From Planctomycetota bacterium (lineage in GTDB: Bacteria; Planctomycetota; UBA1135; UBA2386), in assembly GCA_046290465.1 (NCBI GenBank), contig JBKAGP010000001.1, positions 2,400,001 to 2,464,000 of the forward strand: a stretch of 64,000 nt of DNA, given 5' to 3'. The notes beneath the pieces are model-generated. The model saw only the letters and a list, made by a program, of their open reading frames with translations. It had not been told where the DNA came from and did no database searches. Position numbers and translations under genes: made by a program. Of this stretch, positions 1-9,474 are shown piece after piece (the first letter of the stretch is position 1; the number at the start of each line of letters is the position of its first letter).

Positions 1-1997
1 CGCTGCCAGGCGATGAACAGCCCGCCGGCGCAGATGGTGACCGCGAACGCTGCGGTGACCTCGACCTTCTTCTGCTCGGGCTGGCCGCTGCCGCCGGCGA
101 TCGTTGCCGCGACGACCATCGCACCGAGCAGCACCGGCAGCAGCCACGCGGTCAGCACGGCGAGGCCGGCATCGGCGTTGGAGCCGCTGTTGCGCACCCG
201 CCGCACGGCAACGAAGCCGCAGATCGCGAACGTCGCGGCCGTCGGCCCACCGATCGTCATGATGTGCTGCACGCTGCCCGACATCGCATAGAACGCGTAG
301 CTGCACGCCACCACCAGCACCAGCAGCCCCCAGGCGAACAGCAGCGGCCCGCGGGCGCTCGGCGCCGCGACGGCGGCGGCGACGGTCGCAACGGGGCCGT
401 CGTCGACGATGCGGGCGGCCATCCGATGGTAGTTCCAGACCATGAACACGATGCCCAGCACGGCCATCGCCACCGCGACGATGGTCGCGACGATCACCGC
501 GGTGTCGTTGTCGCGGATGTTCTCGGACAACACCACGGCCGGGATCGTCGCCGCGAGCGCGACCGGGCCGATCCACGCGGTGAACACGGTCAGGCCGAGG
601 CCCCCGGGCCCGCGCCGCCGCGCGACGATCGACGACAGCCCGACGAAGCCGAGCACGGTGAACAGCAGGGACGCGACGCCCAGCCCGGCTGCGAAGATCC
701 ACGACATCGCGATCGACGGGTTGTGGCCCGGCTCCGCCAGGATCATCGGCGGCTCCTCGAAGAAGCCGGTGCGCTGCTCCTCTGCCGCCTGGCGACGCGC
801 CTGCCACGCCGGCTGCAACACCTCGCGGTAGTGCTGCTCGACCAGCGCCTGCGAATGCATCGGGTCGTAGGGGACGTCATTCTGCGCCGCCCACGCCTCG
901 GCTTCGGCCAACCGGCGCTCGTACGCCCCCTCGGTCGCGTGGTAGAGGGTGTTCTTCGCATACATCGACTGCGCCGTGTAGGCGCTCGCAACGAACACCA
1001 GGATCAGCATCACCCACGCCATCCGCGTCGCCGTCGGCGCGCCGACCTCGCCGTGCCGAACGTCCGGCGAGGCGGTCGCCGCCGGCCGCGGCGCCTCGGC
1101 GTGCTGCCGCCGCAGTTCGTCGCCGACCTCACTGGCGCGCTGGTAGCGCTGCTCCGGCCGCTGCGCGAGGCTGCGCTGCACGACCTGATCGAGCCCCTTC
1201 GGCACGCCCTGCCGCGCCGACGGCGGGTCGAAGTGTCCGAGCGGCAACTGGCCGGTCAGCATCTCGTAGAGCACGACGCCGACGGAGTAGATGTCGGCGC
1301 GGTGGTCGACGTTCGCGCCCGAACGCCACTGCTCCGGCGCCATGTAGTGCGGCGTGCCCAGCACCTGCGTGCTGCGCGTCAGCGCGACCGCCGGCCCCTG
1401 CTCGCCGACGATCCGCGCCAGGCCGAAGTCGGCGATCTTCAGTTCGCCGTTGCCGTCGACCAGCAGGTTCTCGGGCTTGATGTCGCGGTGCACGACGCCG
1501 TGGTCGTGCGCGTACTGCAGCGCCTCGCAGACCTGCGGCGTCAACCGCAGCGCCTCCTGCGGGCTCAGCTCCCCCATGTCCATCAGCTGCCGCAGGTTCA
1601 TGCCCTCGACGAACTCGGTGACGAGGTAGAAGAACCCGTCGCGTTCGCCGAAGTCGTGCACGGTCAGGATGCGCGGGTGCTCGAGCGTCGCCAGCGCACG
1701 GGCCTCGCGCAGGAAGCGCTCTTCGAACGCCGGATCGGCAGCCAGCTCCGGCGGCAGCACCTTCAGCGCGACCGTGCGGGCGAGCTTGCGCTGCACGGCC
1801 CGGTAGACGGCGCCCATGCCGCCGCGGCCGATCAGCTCGACGATCTCCAGTTCGGGGAAGCGCTGGTCGAGCTCGGTCAGCGGCGGCGGCTGCCAACCCG
1901 CCGCGGCGGCCGACTCGTCACCGCCGGCGATCGCCTGCTGCAACAGCTTCTTGGGGTCCAGCGGGCCCTGGCCCGCACTGCGCTCGAACTCGTTCAT
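1..1997 (-). CDS. Membrane-anchored Ser/Thr protein kinase (3' end runs off the window)
   Basis: Absent from the ORF track because it has no stop in the window. Manual translation from ATG 1997 gives IGRGGMGAVY, VALK, HRDIKPEN, DFGLA, GTPHYMAPE, then several hydrophobic segments. Confidence 0.93.
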   Translation of the reverse strand, partial: MNEFERSAGQGPLDPKKLLQQAIAGGDESAAAAGWQPPPLTELDQRFPELEIVELIGRGGMGAVYRAVQRKLARTVALKVLPPELAADPAFEERFLREARALATLEHPRILTVHDFGERDGFFYLVTEFVEGMNLRQLMDMGELSPQEALRLTPQVCEALQYAHDHGVVHRDIKPENLLVDGNGELKIADFGLARIVGEQGPAVALTRSTQVLGTPHYMAPEQWRSGANVDHRADIYSVGVVLYEMLTGQLPLGHFDPPSARQGVPKGLDQVVQRSLAQRPEQRYQRASEVGDELRRQHAEAPRPAATASPDVRHGEVGAPTATRMAWVMLILVFVASAYTAQSMYAKNTLYHATEGAYERRLAEAEAWAAQNDVPYDPMHSQALVEQHYREVLQPAWQARRQAAEEQRTGFFEEPPMILAEPGHNPSIAMSWIFAAGLGVASLLFTVLGFVGLSSIVARRRGPGGLGLTVFTAWIGPVALAATIPAVVLSENIRDNDTAVIVATIVAVAMAVLGIVFMVWNYHRMAARIVDDGPVATVAAAVAAPSARGPLLFAWGLLVLVVACSYAFYAMSGSVQHIMTIGGPTAATFAICGFVAVRRVRNSGSNADAGLAVLTAWLLPVLLGAMVVAATIAGGSGQPEQKKVEVTAAFAVTICAGGLFIAWQ

Positions 1998-2059
1998 GCC
2001 CGTTCCCGAACAAAACGGCGCCGCGGGTTACCGAACGGATCGAGAAAATGCATGCCGGC

Positions 2060-2797
2060 TCAGCCGAGGGCCGCGAACAGCTCGCGCAACTCCGCCTCGG
2101 CGTCGGCTGGATCCTCCACGGTCGCCCCGAGCTGGCTCAAGAGCGCAGCCCGGAATCGCTGCCGCAGCCGGTGCGCCGCCACCTTGATGGCCGCCTCGCT
2201 GGCGCCGAGCTCGGCCGCGACCGCGGCGTAGCCGCCCGGCAGCGGCTGGCCGTCGAGCACCAGCCGCAGCCGCTCGAACTGCGCGCCCCGCCCCTTGGCC
2301 CGTTCGTGCTCGCCGACTTCACGCAGGGCCCGCGCGACCGATTCCTGCACCCAGGCACGCAAGTAGGCCTGCTCGGGGGTCTCGTCGCACGATGGCTCGA
2401 GCGCGTGCAGGCCCGCACCTTCGTCGCCGTCGTCGACCTGCACCCGGATCGGCACGTGCGCGACGTCGCCGCCGCGCTTCTGGGCCCGTTCGCGGTCGCG
2501 CTGGTTGCTGCGATAGTGCCGCGCGCACGCCAGCAGGTAGCTGCGGAACCGACCCTTGCCCGGATCGCCACCGGCGACGTCGCCGCGCTCGAGCAGTTCG
2601 GCGAACAGTCCCTGCGTCAGGTCGCGGGCCGCCGCCTCGGCCATGCCGTCGCGCCGGAAGAACGCGTAGACGGGCGCCCAGTAGCTGGCGCACAGCTCTG
2701 CGAGCGCCTGCCGGCCCTGCTCGTCGCCGGCGCGGGCGCGCTGCACCAGGCTCCAACGGGTCGGCTCGAAGCGCGCGCGCGTGGTCCGCCCGTCCAT
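2060..2797 (-). CDS. ECF-type sigma-70 factor (kinase-associated type)
   Basis: F.PTRWSLV N-terminus, LC..YW.PVY, GRFRSYL region 2 and C-terminal HTH (VAAELGASEAAIKVAAHRLR). Directly upstream of the kinase. Confidence 0.9.
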   Translation of the reverse strand: MDGRTTRARFEPTRWSLVQRARAGDEQGRQALAELCASYWAPVYAFFRRDGMAEAAARDLTQGLFAELLERGDVAGGDPGKGRFRSYLLACARHYRSNQRDRERAQKRGGDVAHVPIRVQVDDGDEGAGLHALEPSCDETPEQAYLRAWVQESVARALREVGEHERAKGRGAQFERLRLVLDGQPLPGGYAAVAAELGASEAAIKVAAHRLRQRFRAALLSQLGATVEDPADAEAELRELFAALG

Positions 2798-2806
2798 CGG
2801 CTGCCC

Positions 2807-3727
2807 CTAGCGGTCTTCCGCCTCGTCGACCGTCGGCGCCGCCTCGACGCGCTCCTCGATGCGCGGCTCGGTCGCGAACTTCTCGCCGCCGTGCGTGTCG
2901 ACCCAGACCTCCTCGACCTTCGAGCAGTTGCCGTCCTGCCACGTCATGCGCACGAAGTGCGACAGCTCGACGCCGTTCTCGTCGCGTTCGACGCGCGGCA
3001 CGACCGCGCAGTTGACGAACAGCGTGTCGCCGCGCCGCACGAACCGCTTGCGCTCGGCGCCGCGCGGATGCAGCAGGCGGTGGTGCATGTGGCCGGCGAC
3101 GACCGCGCGCACGCGCAGGCCGAAGCCCTCGATCCGCTGCAGCGCCAGCGCCAGGTCGTAGTCGCCCCAGTCCCCGCCCGGCTTGCCGAAGTCCTTGCCG
3201 TAGATGTCGGACGGGTCGCTGCCGAGGCCGAGCGGACCGTTGTGCGCGAGGATCACCAGGTCGCGGTGCTGCGCATTGCGCGCCGCGTCGACGATCGCGG
3301 CCGCCGACTGCCGCATCGTGCGCACACCGTAGATCTCGTCGTAGAGCTCCGGGCTGCGCAGGCTCTGGCCGCCCCACGAGAACGGCCGGGCGCCGATCAC
3401 CGAGATGCCGGCTGCCGGAACTTCCCGCACGGCGTACGCGACGTGGTCGGCGCCGAGCACATCGAGGCTCTGGTGCAGGTCGTCGGTCGGCTCCTTGTTG
3501 GTGAAGCTGCGCCAGGCGTCGTGGTTGCCGAGCAGCACCGCCTTGGGCACGGCGATGTCCGCAATGCGCTGCACCATGGCGACGTCCTCGTCGCCGAGGT
3601 CGCCGACGAACATCGCCAGATCTGGCTGTGAACGCTCGAGATACACCGAATCGACCTCACGCCAGCAACGATGGATGTCGCCGATGGCGACCAGCGTGGC
3701 CGGGGCGGATGTCGGGCGGGTAGTCAA
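2807..3727 (-). CDS. Calcineurin-like metallophosphoesterase (TIGR04168-like)
   Basis: GDIH, GDLG, GNHD, AHNGP and GHMH motifs; GRPFSWGG-like and GGDWGD segments. Confidence 0.88.
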   Translation of the reverse strand: MTTRPTSAPATLVAIGDIHRCWREVDSVYLERSQPDLAMFVGDLGDEDVAMVQRIADIAVPKAVLLGNHDAWRSFTNKEPTDDLHQSLDVLGADHVAYAVREVPAAGISVIGARPFSWGGQSLRSPELYDEIYGVRTMRQSAAAIVDAARNAQHRDLVILAHNGPLGLGSDPSDIYGKDFGKPGGDWGDYDLALALQRIEGFGLRVRAVVAGHMHHRLLHPRGAERKRFVRRGDTLFVNCAVVPRVERDENGVELSHFVRMTWQDGNCSKVEEVWVDTHGGEKFATEPRIEERVEAAPTVDEAEDR

Positions 3728-3881
3728 GGCGAAGGAGGGTAGCGGGGCTCGTGGTCCAAGTAGCAGGACAAACCGAGCGAAATGGCCTCACCGCATCCGA
3801 TGCGGTCAGAAAACCGTCCGGCAGTCGTGGTTAGCACGTATTGCCGCCGTCGCCGACGCCCCTAGCGTGGCATACCGATCC

Positions 3882-4256
3882 ATGAGGGACCCCATTGCGA
3901 GCGACCAACCAAAGCGCCTGCTGGTCGTCGACGACGACCAGCTCGTTCTGCGCATGATGGAACGGGCGTTGCGCGACGACGGCCTCCACGTGACCGCGGT
4001 GCATTGCCCGGAGGCGGCGCTCGACGTGCTGCGCGACGCGCGCCGCCACATCGACGTCCTGCTGACCGACATCGTCATGCCGAAGCTCGACGGCGTCGAA
4101 CTCGCCACGGTCGCCCGCCAGCACCGGCCGCAACTCGAGGTCCTGTTCACCTCGGGCTACATCGAACCGTCGCACCAGCACGGCATGCCGCCCGACGCGC
4201 GCCTGCTCTGCAAACCCTTCACCCCCGACGAACTGCTCGCCTTCGTCCGCCACTGA
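3882..4256 (+). CDS. Single-domain response regulator (receiver)
   Basis: LLVVDDD, LLTDIVMPKLDG, TSGY, KPFT. Start placed at ATG 3882 within track ORF 3405..4256. Confidence 0.92.
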   Translation: MRDPIASDQPKRLLVVDDDQLVLRMMERALRDDGLHVTAVHCPEAALDVLRDARRHIDVLLTDIVMPKLDGVELATVARQHRPQLEVLFTSGYIEPSHQHGMPPDARLLCKPFTPDELLAFVRH

Positions 4257-4346
4257 GTTGCCGTACGGTACCTGGTTCATCCTCCAACTTCCGCGAGCGC
4301 TCGCGCTCGCGGAAGTTGGAGGATGAACCAGGTACCGTACGGCAAC
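4257..4346. repeat. Perfect palindrome with 44-bp arms and a 2-nt centre (REP/MITE-like element, copy 1)
   Basis: gttgccgtacggtacctggttcatcctccaacttccgcgagcgc-tc-exact reverse complement. Core shared with 60507..60599. Confidence 0.95.
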
Positions 4347-4355
4347 ATTGGTGGG

Positions 4356-5687
4356 GTGAATGCCTTGCTTTCGTGTCTGTCGGCGGCCGTCCTTGCGACG
4401 GTGGGTGCCGGGCAGTCTCCCGCCGAACGGATCGACCGGTACCTGGACCGCAAGGCCGAGGGCACGCGCGCCGAGACCGAAGGACTGCTCGCGGCGCTCG
4501 GCCGTGACGGGCACGCGGGGCCGGCGGCGATCGAGGCCCTGCTGCGCGCGCCGCGCAGCAGCTATCCCGACGCGTCGGCGCTGCTCGGCAAGACCACCGT
4601 GCACGACGTGAGCTGCTACCACGTCGACCACACCGCGAAGTACCGGCTGTTCGTGCCGAAGGACTACCGCGACGACCGCCCGACGCCGCTGGTCTTGGTC
4701 GCACACGGCGGCAACTCGTCGATGTCGGCGGCGCGCGCAGCCCGCACCGCCCAGAGCTACCTGCGGGCCTACGCGCCGACGCTGTCGCGCGAGCTCGGCG
4801 CGATCGTCGTCGCGCCGGACACCACCCGCGGCTGGGGCCAGATCGGCAACTCGCTGGCGCTGTCGACGATCTCCGACCTCAAGCGTCGACTGAACATCGA
4901 CCCCGACCGCGTCTACGTCACCGGGCAGTCGATGGGCGGCCACATGGCGTTCCGCGCTGCGCTCGCGATCGGCGACCGGTTCGCCGCGGTGTCGCCGCAG
5001 AGCGGCGGCTACGACTTCGTCGCGAAGGGCTCGATCGGCAACCTGAGCAACGTGCCCGGCTACGTGACGTGGGGCAAGCGCGAGCCGTACGGCATCGACA
5101 AGGACAGCCGCACCAACGCCGCGTGGGCGAAGCAACACGGCCTCGACTGGGTGTTCGTCGAGAAGCCGGGCGGCCACGAGATCTACGGCGACGAACTGCC
5201 GAAGGTCGCGGCGTTCTTCGCCGCCCGGCCGCGCAACCTCTACCGCGAACGCATCTACGCGCGGCTCGGCGGTGCGATGAAGTTCGTCAAGCCATGGGCG
5301 ATCAAGGGTTGGCCGCAGCACACCGTGCACCACGAGACGCGGCCGCTGCGTTGGAACCAGCAGCACTGGCTGGAGCTGACGCCGCGCCCCGACCACGAGG
5401 GACCGCTGCTGGTCCTGGCCGCCAACGTCGGCGACAACCGCTTCGAGATCACCAGCGAGAACGTGCGCGAACTGCACGTGCACCTGCACCCACGCATGGT
5501 CGACTTCGACGAGCCGGTGACGATCGCCGTCAACGGTGAGGTCCGGTTCGAAGGCCGCGTCGAACCCGACCCGGTGCACCTGCTCGAGCACGCGCGCGCG
5601 TTCGACGACCGTGGCAAGGCGTTCTGGGCACGCGTGCGGGTGACGGTCGAGACCGACGGCGAGGTGGCGTTCCCGGAGCGCTGGTAG
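4356..5687 (+). CDS. Secreted alpha/beta-hydrolase (esterase/peptidase-like)
   Basis: Signal-like N-terminus from GTG 4356, AHGG, nucleophile motif GQSMGG, GGHE. Confidence 0.85.
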   Translation: MNALLSCLSAAVLATVGAGQSPAERIDRYLDRKAEGTRAETEGLLAALGRDGHAGPAAIEALLRAPRSSYPDASALLGKTTVHDVSCYHVDHTAKYRLFVPKDYRDDRPTPLVLVAHGGNSSMSAARAARTAQSYLRAYAPTLSRELGAIVVAPDTTRGWGQIGNSLALSTISDLKRRLNIDPDRVYVTGQSMGGHMAFRAALAIGDRFAAVSPQSGGYDFVAKGSIGNLSNVPGYVTWGKREPYGIDKDSRTNAAWAKQHGLDWVFVEKPGGHEIYGDELPKVAAFFAARPRNLYRERIYARLGGAMKFVKPWAIKGWPQHTVHHETRPLRWNQQHWLELTPRPDHEGPLLVLAANVGDNRFEITSENVRELHVHLHPRMVDFDEPVTIAVNGEVRFEGRVEPDPVHLLEHARAFDDRGKAFWARVRVTVETDGEVAFPERW

Positions 5688-5794
5688 TCGGCGCCGCAGC
5701 ATCGCTCCGCAGGATTTCGATCCAGCCCGGAGCTTCCCGGGCCGATGCCCGTTGACGGTGGCGTGCCGGCGAGGTATGCCCAAGCAGACCGAAG

Positions 5795-6349
5795 ATGCAG
5801 CCCTCCTCACGCGAACCCGAGACCGAACGCGCCCACCCGCAGCGGCCCGCGTCGGCCGCGGCCGCCTGGCTGGACCGGATCGCGCTGCAGGTCGGATGCC
5901 TGCTGGTTGGATTGCTGCTGATCGGGATCCTCTCGGCCGCAGCTCCTTTGGTCGAAGGGCCAGAGGCCAACCCAGGAGGCTCCGGCGCCAACACGGCGGC
6001 GGCATCGATCGCGTTCGCCGAGGTCGAAGCCGCCGATGGCTGTGACCGGCAACTGCCGATCGATCGATCGGACGCCCCGGTCGAGCAACGACGCCTGCCG
6101 GGCAGCGGCCACGGCGACGCCGATGCGTCGAGCGCCGAAGAGCCCGAGGAGGAAGAAGAGGAGGAGGAGGAGGCCCAGACCTGCTCTGGTGACCAGCTGC
6201 GCTGGTCCTGCGGCGAGTGCGCCGCCACCTGGGCGCGGCGCCGCGACGGCCCGTTGCTGGTCGCGACCTGCCGCCCCGCAGCGCCCCCGCGCGCGCCGCC
6301 AGCCTCGCGGTCCGATGACTGCTCGAGGCCGTTCTGGATCGCCGCCTGA
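5795..6349 (+). CDS. Putative regulatory leader protein (TM segment, poly-Glu, CxxC, RAPP)
   Basis: Hydrophobic LQVGCLLVGLLLIGILSAAA, E-tract, CGEC and PPRAPP. Lies upstream of tolC. Confidence 0.6.
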   Translation: MQPSSREPETERAHPQRPASAAAAWLDRIALQVGCLLVGLLLIGILSAAAPLVEGPEANPGGSGANTAAASIAFAEVEAADGCDRQLPIDRSDAPVEQRRLPGSGHGDADASSAEEPEEEEEEEEEAQTCSGDQLRWSCGECAATWARRRDGPLLVATCRPAAPPRAPPASRSDDCSRPFWIAA

Positions 6350-6552
6350 GGCGTTCGTGATCCAGCGTAGCTGACCGCAGGGCAGCTGACCGACGCCGCG
6401 CCCGAGGGTGCGCGTGGCCAGACGCCTTCGGCGACCTCGAGACGTCGTTCCCCCTCCGTCCCGGCTCGCGGTCCGTCATCGCGATCCGGACCCGGCCCCT
6501 CGACCGCATTCCCGGTGGGGGTCGGCTGACCTCACGGGAAGTCTCCGATCGC

Positions 6553-8136
6553 ATGCTGCAGTCCATCCATCGCCGGAAACCGGCGATCCTCGCTCCGTCC
6601 ACCACCGACCTGCTGACCACCAACGGGACGCCGGAGCCTCTGCGCCTCCGGGCGCGACGACCTGCCGCACCGGTGCTCGCCGCGCTCGGCGTCGCCGCGA
6701 TGCTCGGCGGCTGCGTTCCCCAGCTCGGCTCGCGCGCCCCGCGTCCTGTCGACCTGAGCATGCCCGATGCGTTCGCCGGCACCGCCACCGCGAACGTCGC
6801 GAGCGCAGCGGTCACGAGCGTACGTGACTTCTTCCGCGACGAGCAGTTGGTCGCGTTGATCGAGCAGGCGCTTGCCAACAACCAGGAGCTCGCGATGCTC
6901 GCGGCCGAGGTCGGCATTGCCGATGCAGAGGTCCTCGACAAGCGAGGTGAATCCCTGCCCAAGGTCTCCGCGGGTGTTGGCGTCGGCATCGAGAAGGTCG
7001 GCCGCTACACCAGCCAGGGCGCCAGCGACGAGTCCGACCAGATCAAGCCGGGCACCAGCGTGCCCGAACATCTCGGCGACTTCCGCGCGGGCTTTCGCGC
7101 AACCTGGGAGGTCGACATCTGGCGCAAGCTGCGCAACGCGTCGAAGGCCGCCGGCTACCGCTACCTCGCGAGCATCGAGGGGCGCAACTTCGCGGTCACC
7201 CAGCTCGTCGCCGAGCTGGCGCGCTCCTACTACGAGCTGATGGCGCTCGACAACCAGCTCGAGGTGCTCGGGCAGAACATCGAGATCCAGGAGCAGGCGC
7301 TGCAGATCGTGCGGGTGCAGAAGCAAGCCGCGCAGGTCACCGAACTGGCGGTCCAGCGCTTCGAGGCCGAGGTGCTGCGCAATCGCGGCCGCCTGTTCGA
7401 CATCCAGCAGCGCATCGTCGAGACGGAGAACCGGCTCAACGTGCTGGCCGGTCGCTTCCCGCAACCGATCCAACGCAGCTCCACTGCCTTCCTCCAGATG
7501 ACGGCGCCGATCGCGGCGATCGGTTCGCCGCAGCTCCTGCTCGAACACCGTCCGGATCTGCGCCGCGCCGAACGCGAACTCGAGGCCGCCCGGCTCGACG
7601 TGCAGGTCGCGAAGGCGGGCTTCTACCCGTCGTTCGGCATCGACGCCGAAGCAGGCGTCGATGCCTACCGGATGTCTCGCCTGTCGTTCTGGCCCGAGTC
7701 GCTGGCCTACTCGGCGGTCGGCGGACTGATGACGCCGCTGTGGAACCGCAACTCGCTGACCGCGGCGTGGTTCGCCGCCAACCTGCGGCAGACGCAGGCC
7801 ACGCTGCAAGTGGAGAAGACGATCCGCATGGCCTACGCCGAGGTCTGCAACCAGGTCTCGAGGATCGAGAAACTCGGCGGCAAGCTCGCAACCGCCAACC
7901 GCCAGGTCGAGATCCTGCGCGCCGCGATCGCCGTGTCGAACCAGCTCTTCGGCTCGGCGCGCGCCGACTACATGGAGGTGCTGCTGACCCGGCGCGACGC
8001 GCTCGAGTCGCAGATGGAGTTGATCGAGACCAAGACGCGGCAGCTGCGCGCAACGGTCGAACTCTACCAGGCACTCGGCGGCGGCTGGCGCGATGCGACC
8101 GACGCCACCGCCGCCATCGACGGGGAGGACGCGTAG
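6553..8136 (+). CDS. TolC/OprM-family outer membrane efflux lipoprotein
   Basis: Lipobox LGGC, ALANNQEL, WEVDIWRKLR, RPDLRRAE, LYQALGGGW. The true start may lie further downstream. Confidence 0.93.
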   Translation: MLQSIHRRKPAILAPSTTDLLTTNGTPEPLRLRARRPAAPVLAALGVAAMLGGCVPQLGSRAPRPVDLSMPDAFAGTATANVASAAVTSVRDFFRDEQLVALIEQALANNQELAMLAAEVGIADAEVLDKRGESLPKVSAGVGVGIEKVGRYTSQGASDESDQIKPGTSVPEHLGDFRAGFRATWEVDIWRKLRNASKAAGYRYLASIEGRNFAVTQLVAELARSYYELMALDNQLEVLGQNIEIQEQALQIVRVQKQAAQVTELAVQRFEAEVLRNRGRLFDIQQRIVETENRLNVLAGRFPQPIQRSSTAFLQMTAPIAAIGSPQLLLEHRPDLRRAERELEAARLDVQVAKAGFYPSFGIDAEAGVDAYRMSRLSFWPESLAYSAVGGLMTPLWNRNSLTAAWFAANLRQTQATLQVEKTIRMAYAEVCNQVSRIEKLGGKLATANRQVEILRAAIAVSNQLFGSARADYMEVLLTRRDALESQMELIETKTRQLRATVELYQALGGGWRDATDATAAIDGEDA

Positions 8137-8295
8137 GCCATGCACGCCCCGCGACGCCCCCACTCCGTCCGCACCGCGAACCGCACCGACGCGGTTTCGG
8201 ACTCCTGCAACTTGCCGCCGCTCCACCCCTACCGCCCGTTCCGCCGGTTCTCCGGCGTGCGCCTTTCCCTTCCGTCCGCAACCAAGGACCTCACG

Positions 8296-9429
8296 ATGCT
8301 GCGAACTTCCCTCCTGACCTCGCTCTGCCTGCTGTCGGCAGCATGCAAGAAGTCCCACACCGACCACGAGCAGCACGGCGCGCACGGCCACGGGGCAGCG
8401 CACACGATCGTCGCGACCAGCCCACTCCGGCAGGACGTTCACGTGACGTGCAAGTACGTGTCGCAGATCCACTCGCGCCGCCACATCGAACTGCGCGCGC
8501 TCGAGCGCGGCTACCTCGAGCAGGTGCTGGTCGACGAAGGCCAGCGGGTCGAGCGCGGGCAACTGCTCTTCAAGCTGCTGCCGGTGCTCTACAAGGCGAA
8601 GCTGCATGGCGACCAGGCCGAGCTGTTGAGCGCCGAGATCAAGCTGCGCAACACCGAGCAGCTGTTCCGTGAGCACGTCGTCTCCGACCAGGAGGTCGCG
8701 CTGGCGCGCGCCGAGGTCGAGAAGGCCAAGGCCAAGGTCGAACTCGCGCAGGCGGAGCTCTCGTTCACCGAGATCCGGGCGCCGTTCGCCGGCATCGTCG
8801 ACCGCCAGTTCGAGCAGCAGGGCAGCCTGTGCGAAGAAGGCGACATGCTCACGACCGTCTCCGACAACACGGTCATGTGGGTCTACTTCAACGTGCCGGA
8901 GGCCGACTACCTCGACTTCCACGAACGGCAGGACGAGCAGCAAGCCGCGGCAAGCCAGCAGCTGCGACTGCCCGACGCGAGACTGCAGCTGAAGCTCGCC
9001 AACGGCAGGATCTTCGATCAGGTCGCCGACGAGACCGTGACGGTCGAATCGACGTTCCACCACGAGACCGGCAACATTCTGTTCCGCGCCGACTTCCCCA
9101 ACCCACGCGGCCTGCTCCGCCACGGCCAGACCGGCACGCTGCTGCTGCAGCAGACCCTCGCCAGCGCAACGGTGATCCCGCAGCGCGCGACGTTCGAGGT
9201 CCTCGACAAGCTCTACGTGTTCGTCATCGACGACCAAGGGTTGGCGCACCAGCGCCGGATCACGGTCGCACACGAACAGGACGACGTGTTCGTCGTCGAG
9301 GACGGCCTCGCGTGCGACGAGAAGATCGTGCTCGACGGCGTGCGCCAGGTGCGTGACGGCGAGCCGATCGCGTTCGAGTTCCGCGATCCCAAGGAGGTCC
9401 TGAAGAACCTCAAGCACCGCGCCGAGTAG
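8296..9429 (+). CDS. RND efflux periplasmic adaptor (MFP), lipoprotein with His-rich N-terminus
   Basis: AAGGA RBS before ATG 8296, lipobox LSAAC, EGQRVERGQLLF, IRAPFAG, ETGNILFRADFPNP. Confidence 0.93.
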   Translation: MLRTSLLTSLCLLSAACKKSHTDHEQHGAHGHGAAHTIVATSPLRQDVHVTCKYVSQIHSRRHIELRALERGYLEQVLVDEGQRVERGQLLFKLLPVLYKAKLHGDQAELLSAEIKLRNTEQLFREHVVSDQEVALARAEVEKAKAKVELAQAELSFTEIRAPFAGIVDRQFEQQGSLCEEGDMLTTVSDNTVMWVYFNVPEADYLDFHERQDEQQAAASQQLRLPDARLQLKLANGRIFDQVADETVTVESTFHHETGNILFRADFPNPRGLLRHGQTGTLLLQQTLASATVIPQRATFEVLDKLYVFVIDDQGLAHQRRITVAHEQDDVFVVEDGLACDEKIVLDGVRQVRDGEPIAFEFRDPKEVLKNLKHRAE

Positions 9430-9474
9430 CGCTCCCGTTTCGTTGCGAAGGCTGATTCGTCCCGAGGGGCAACC

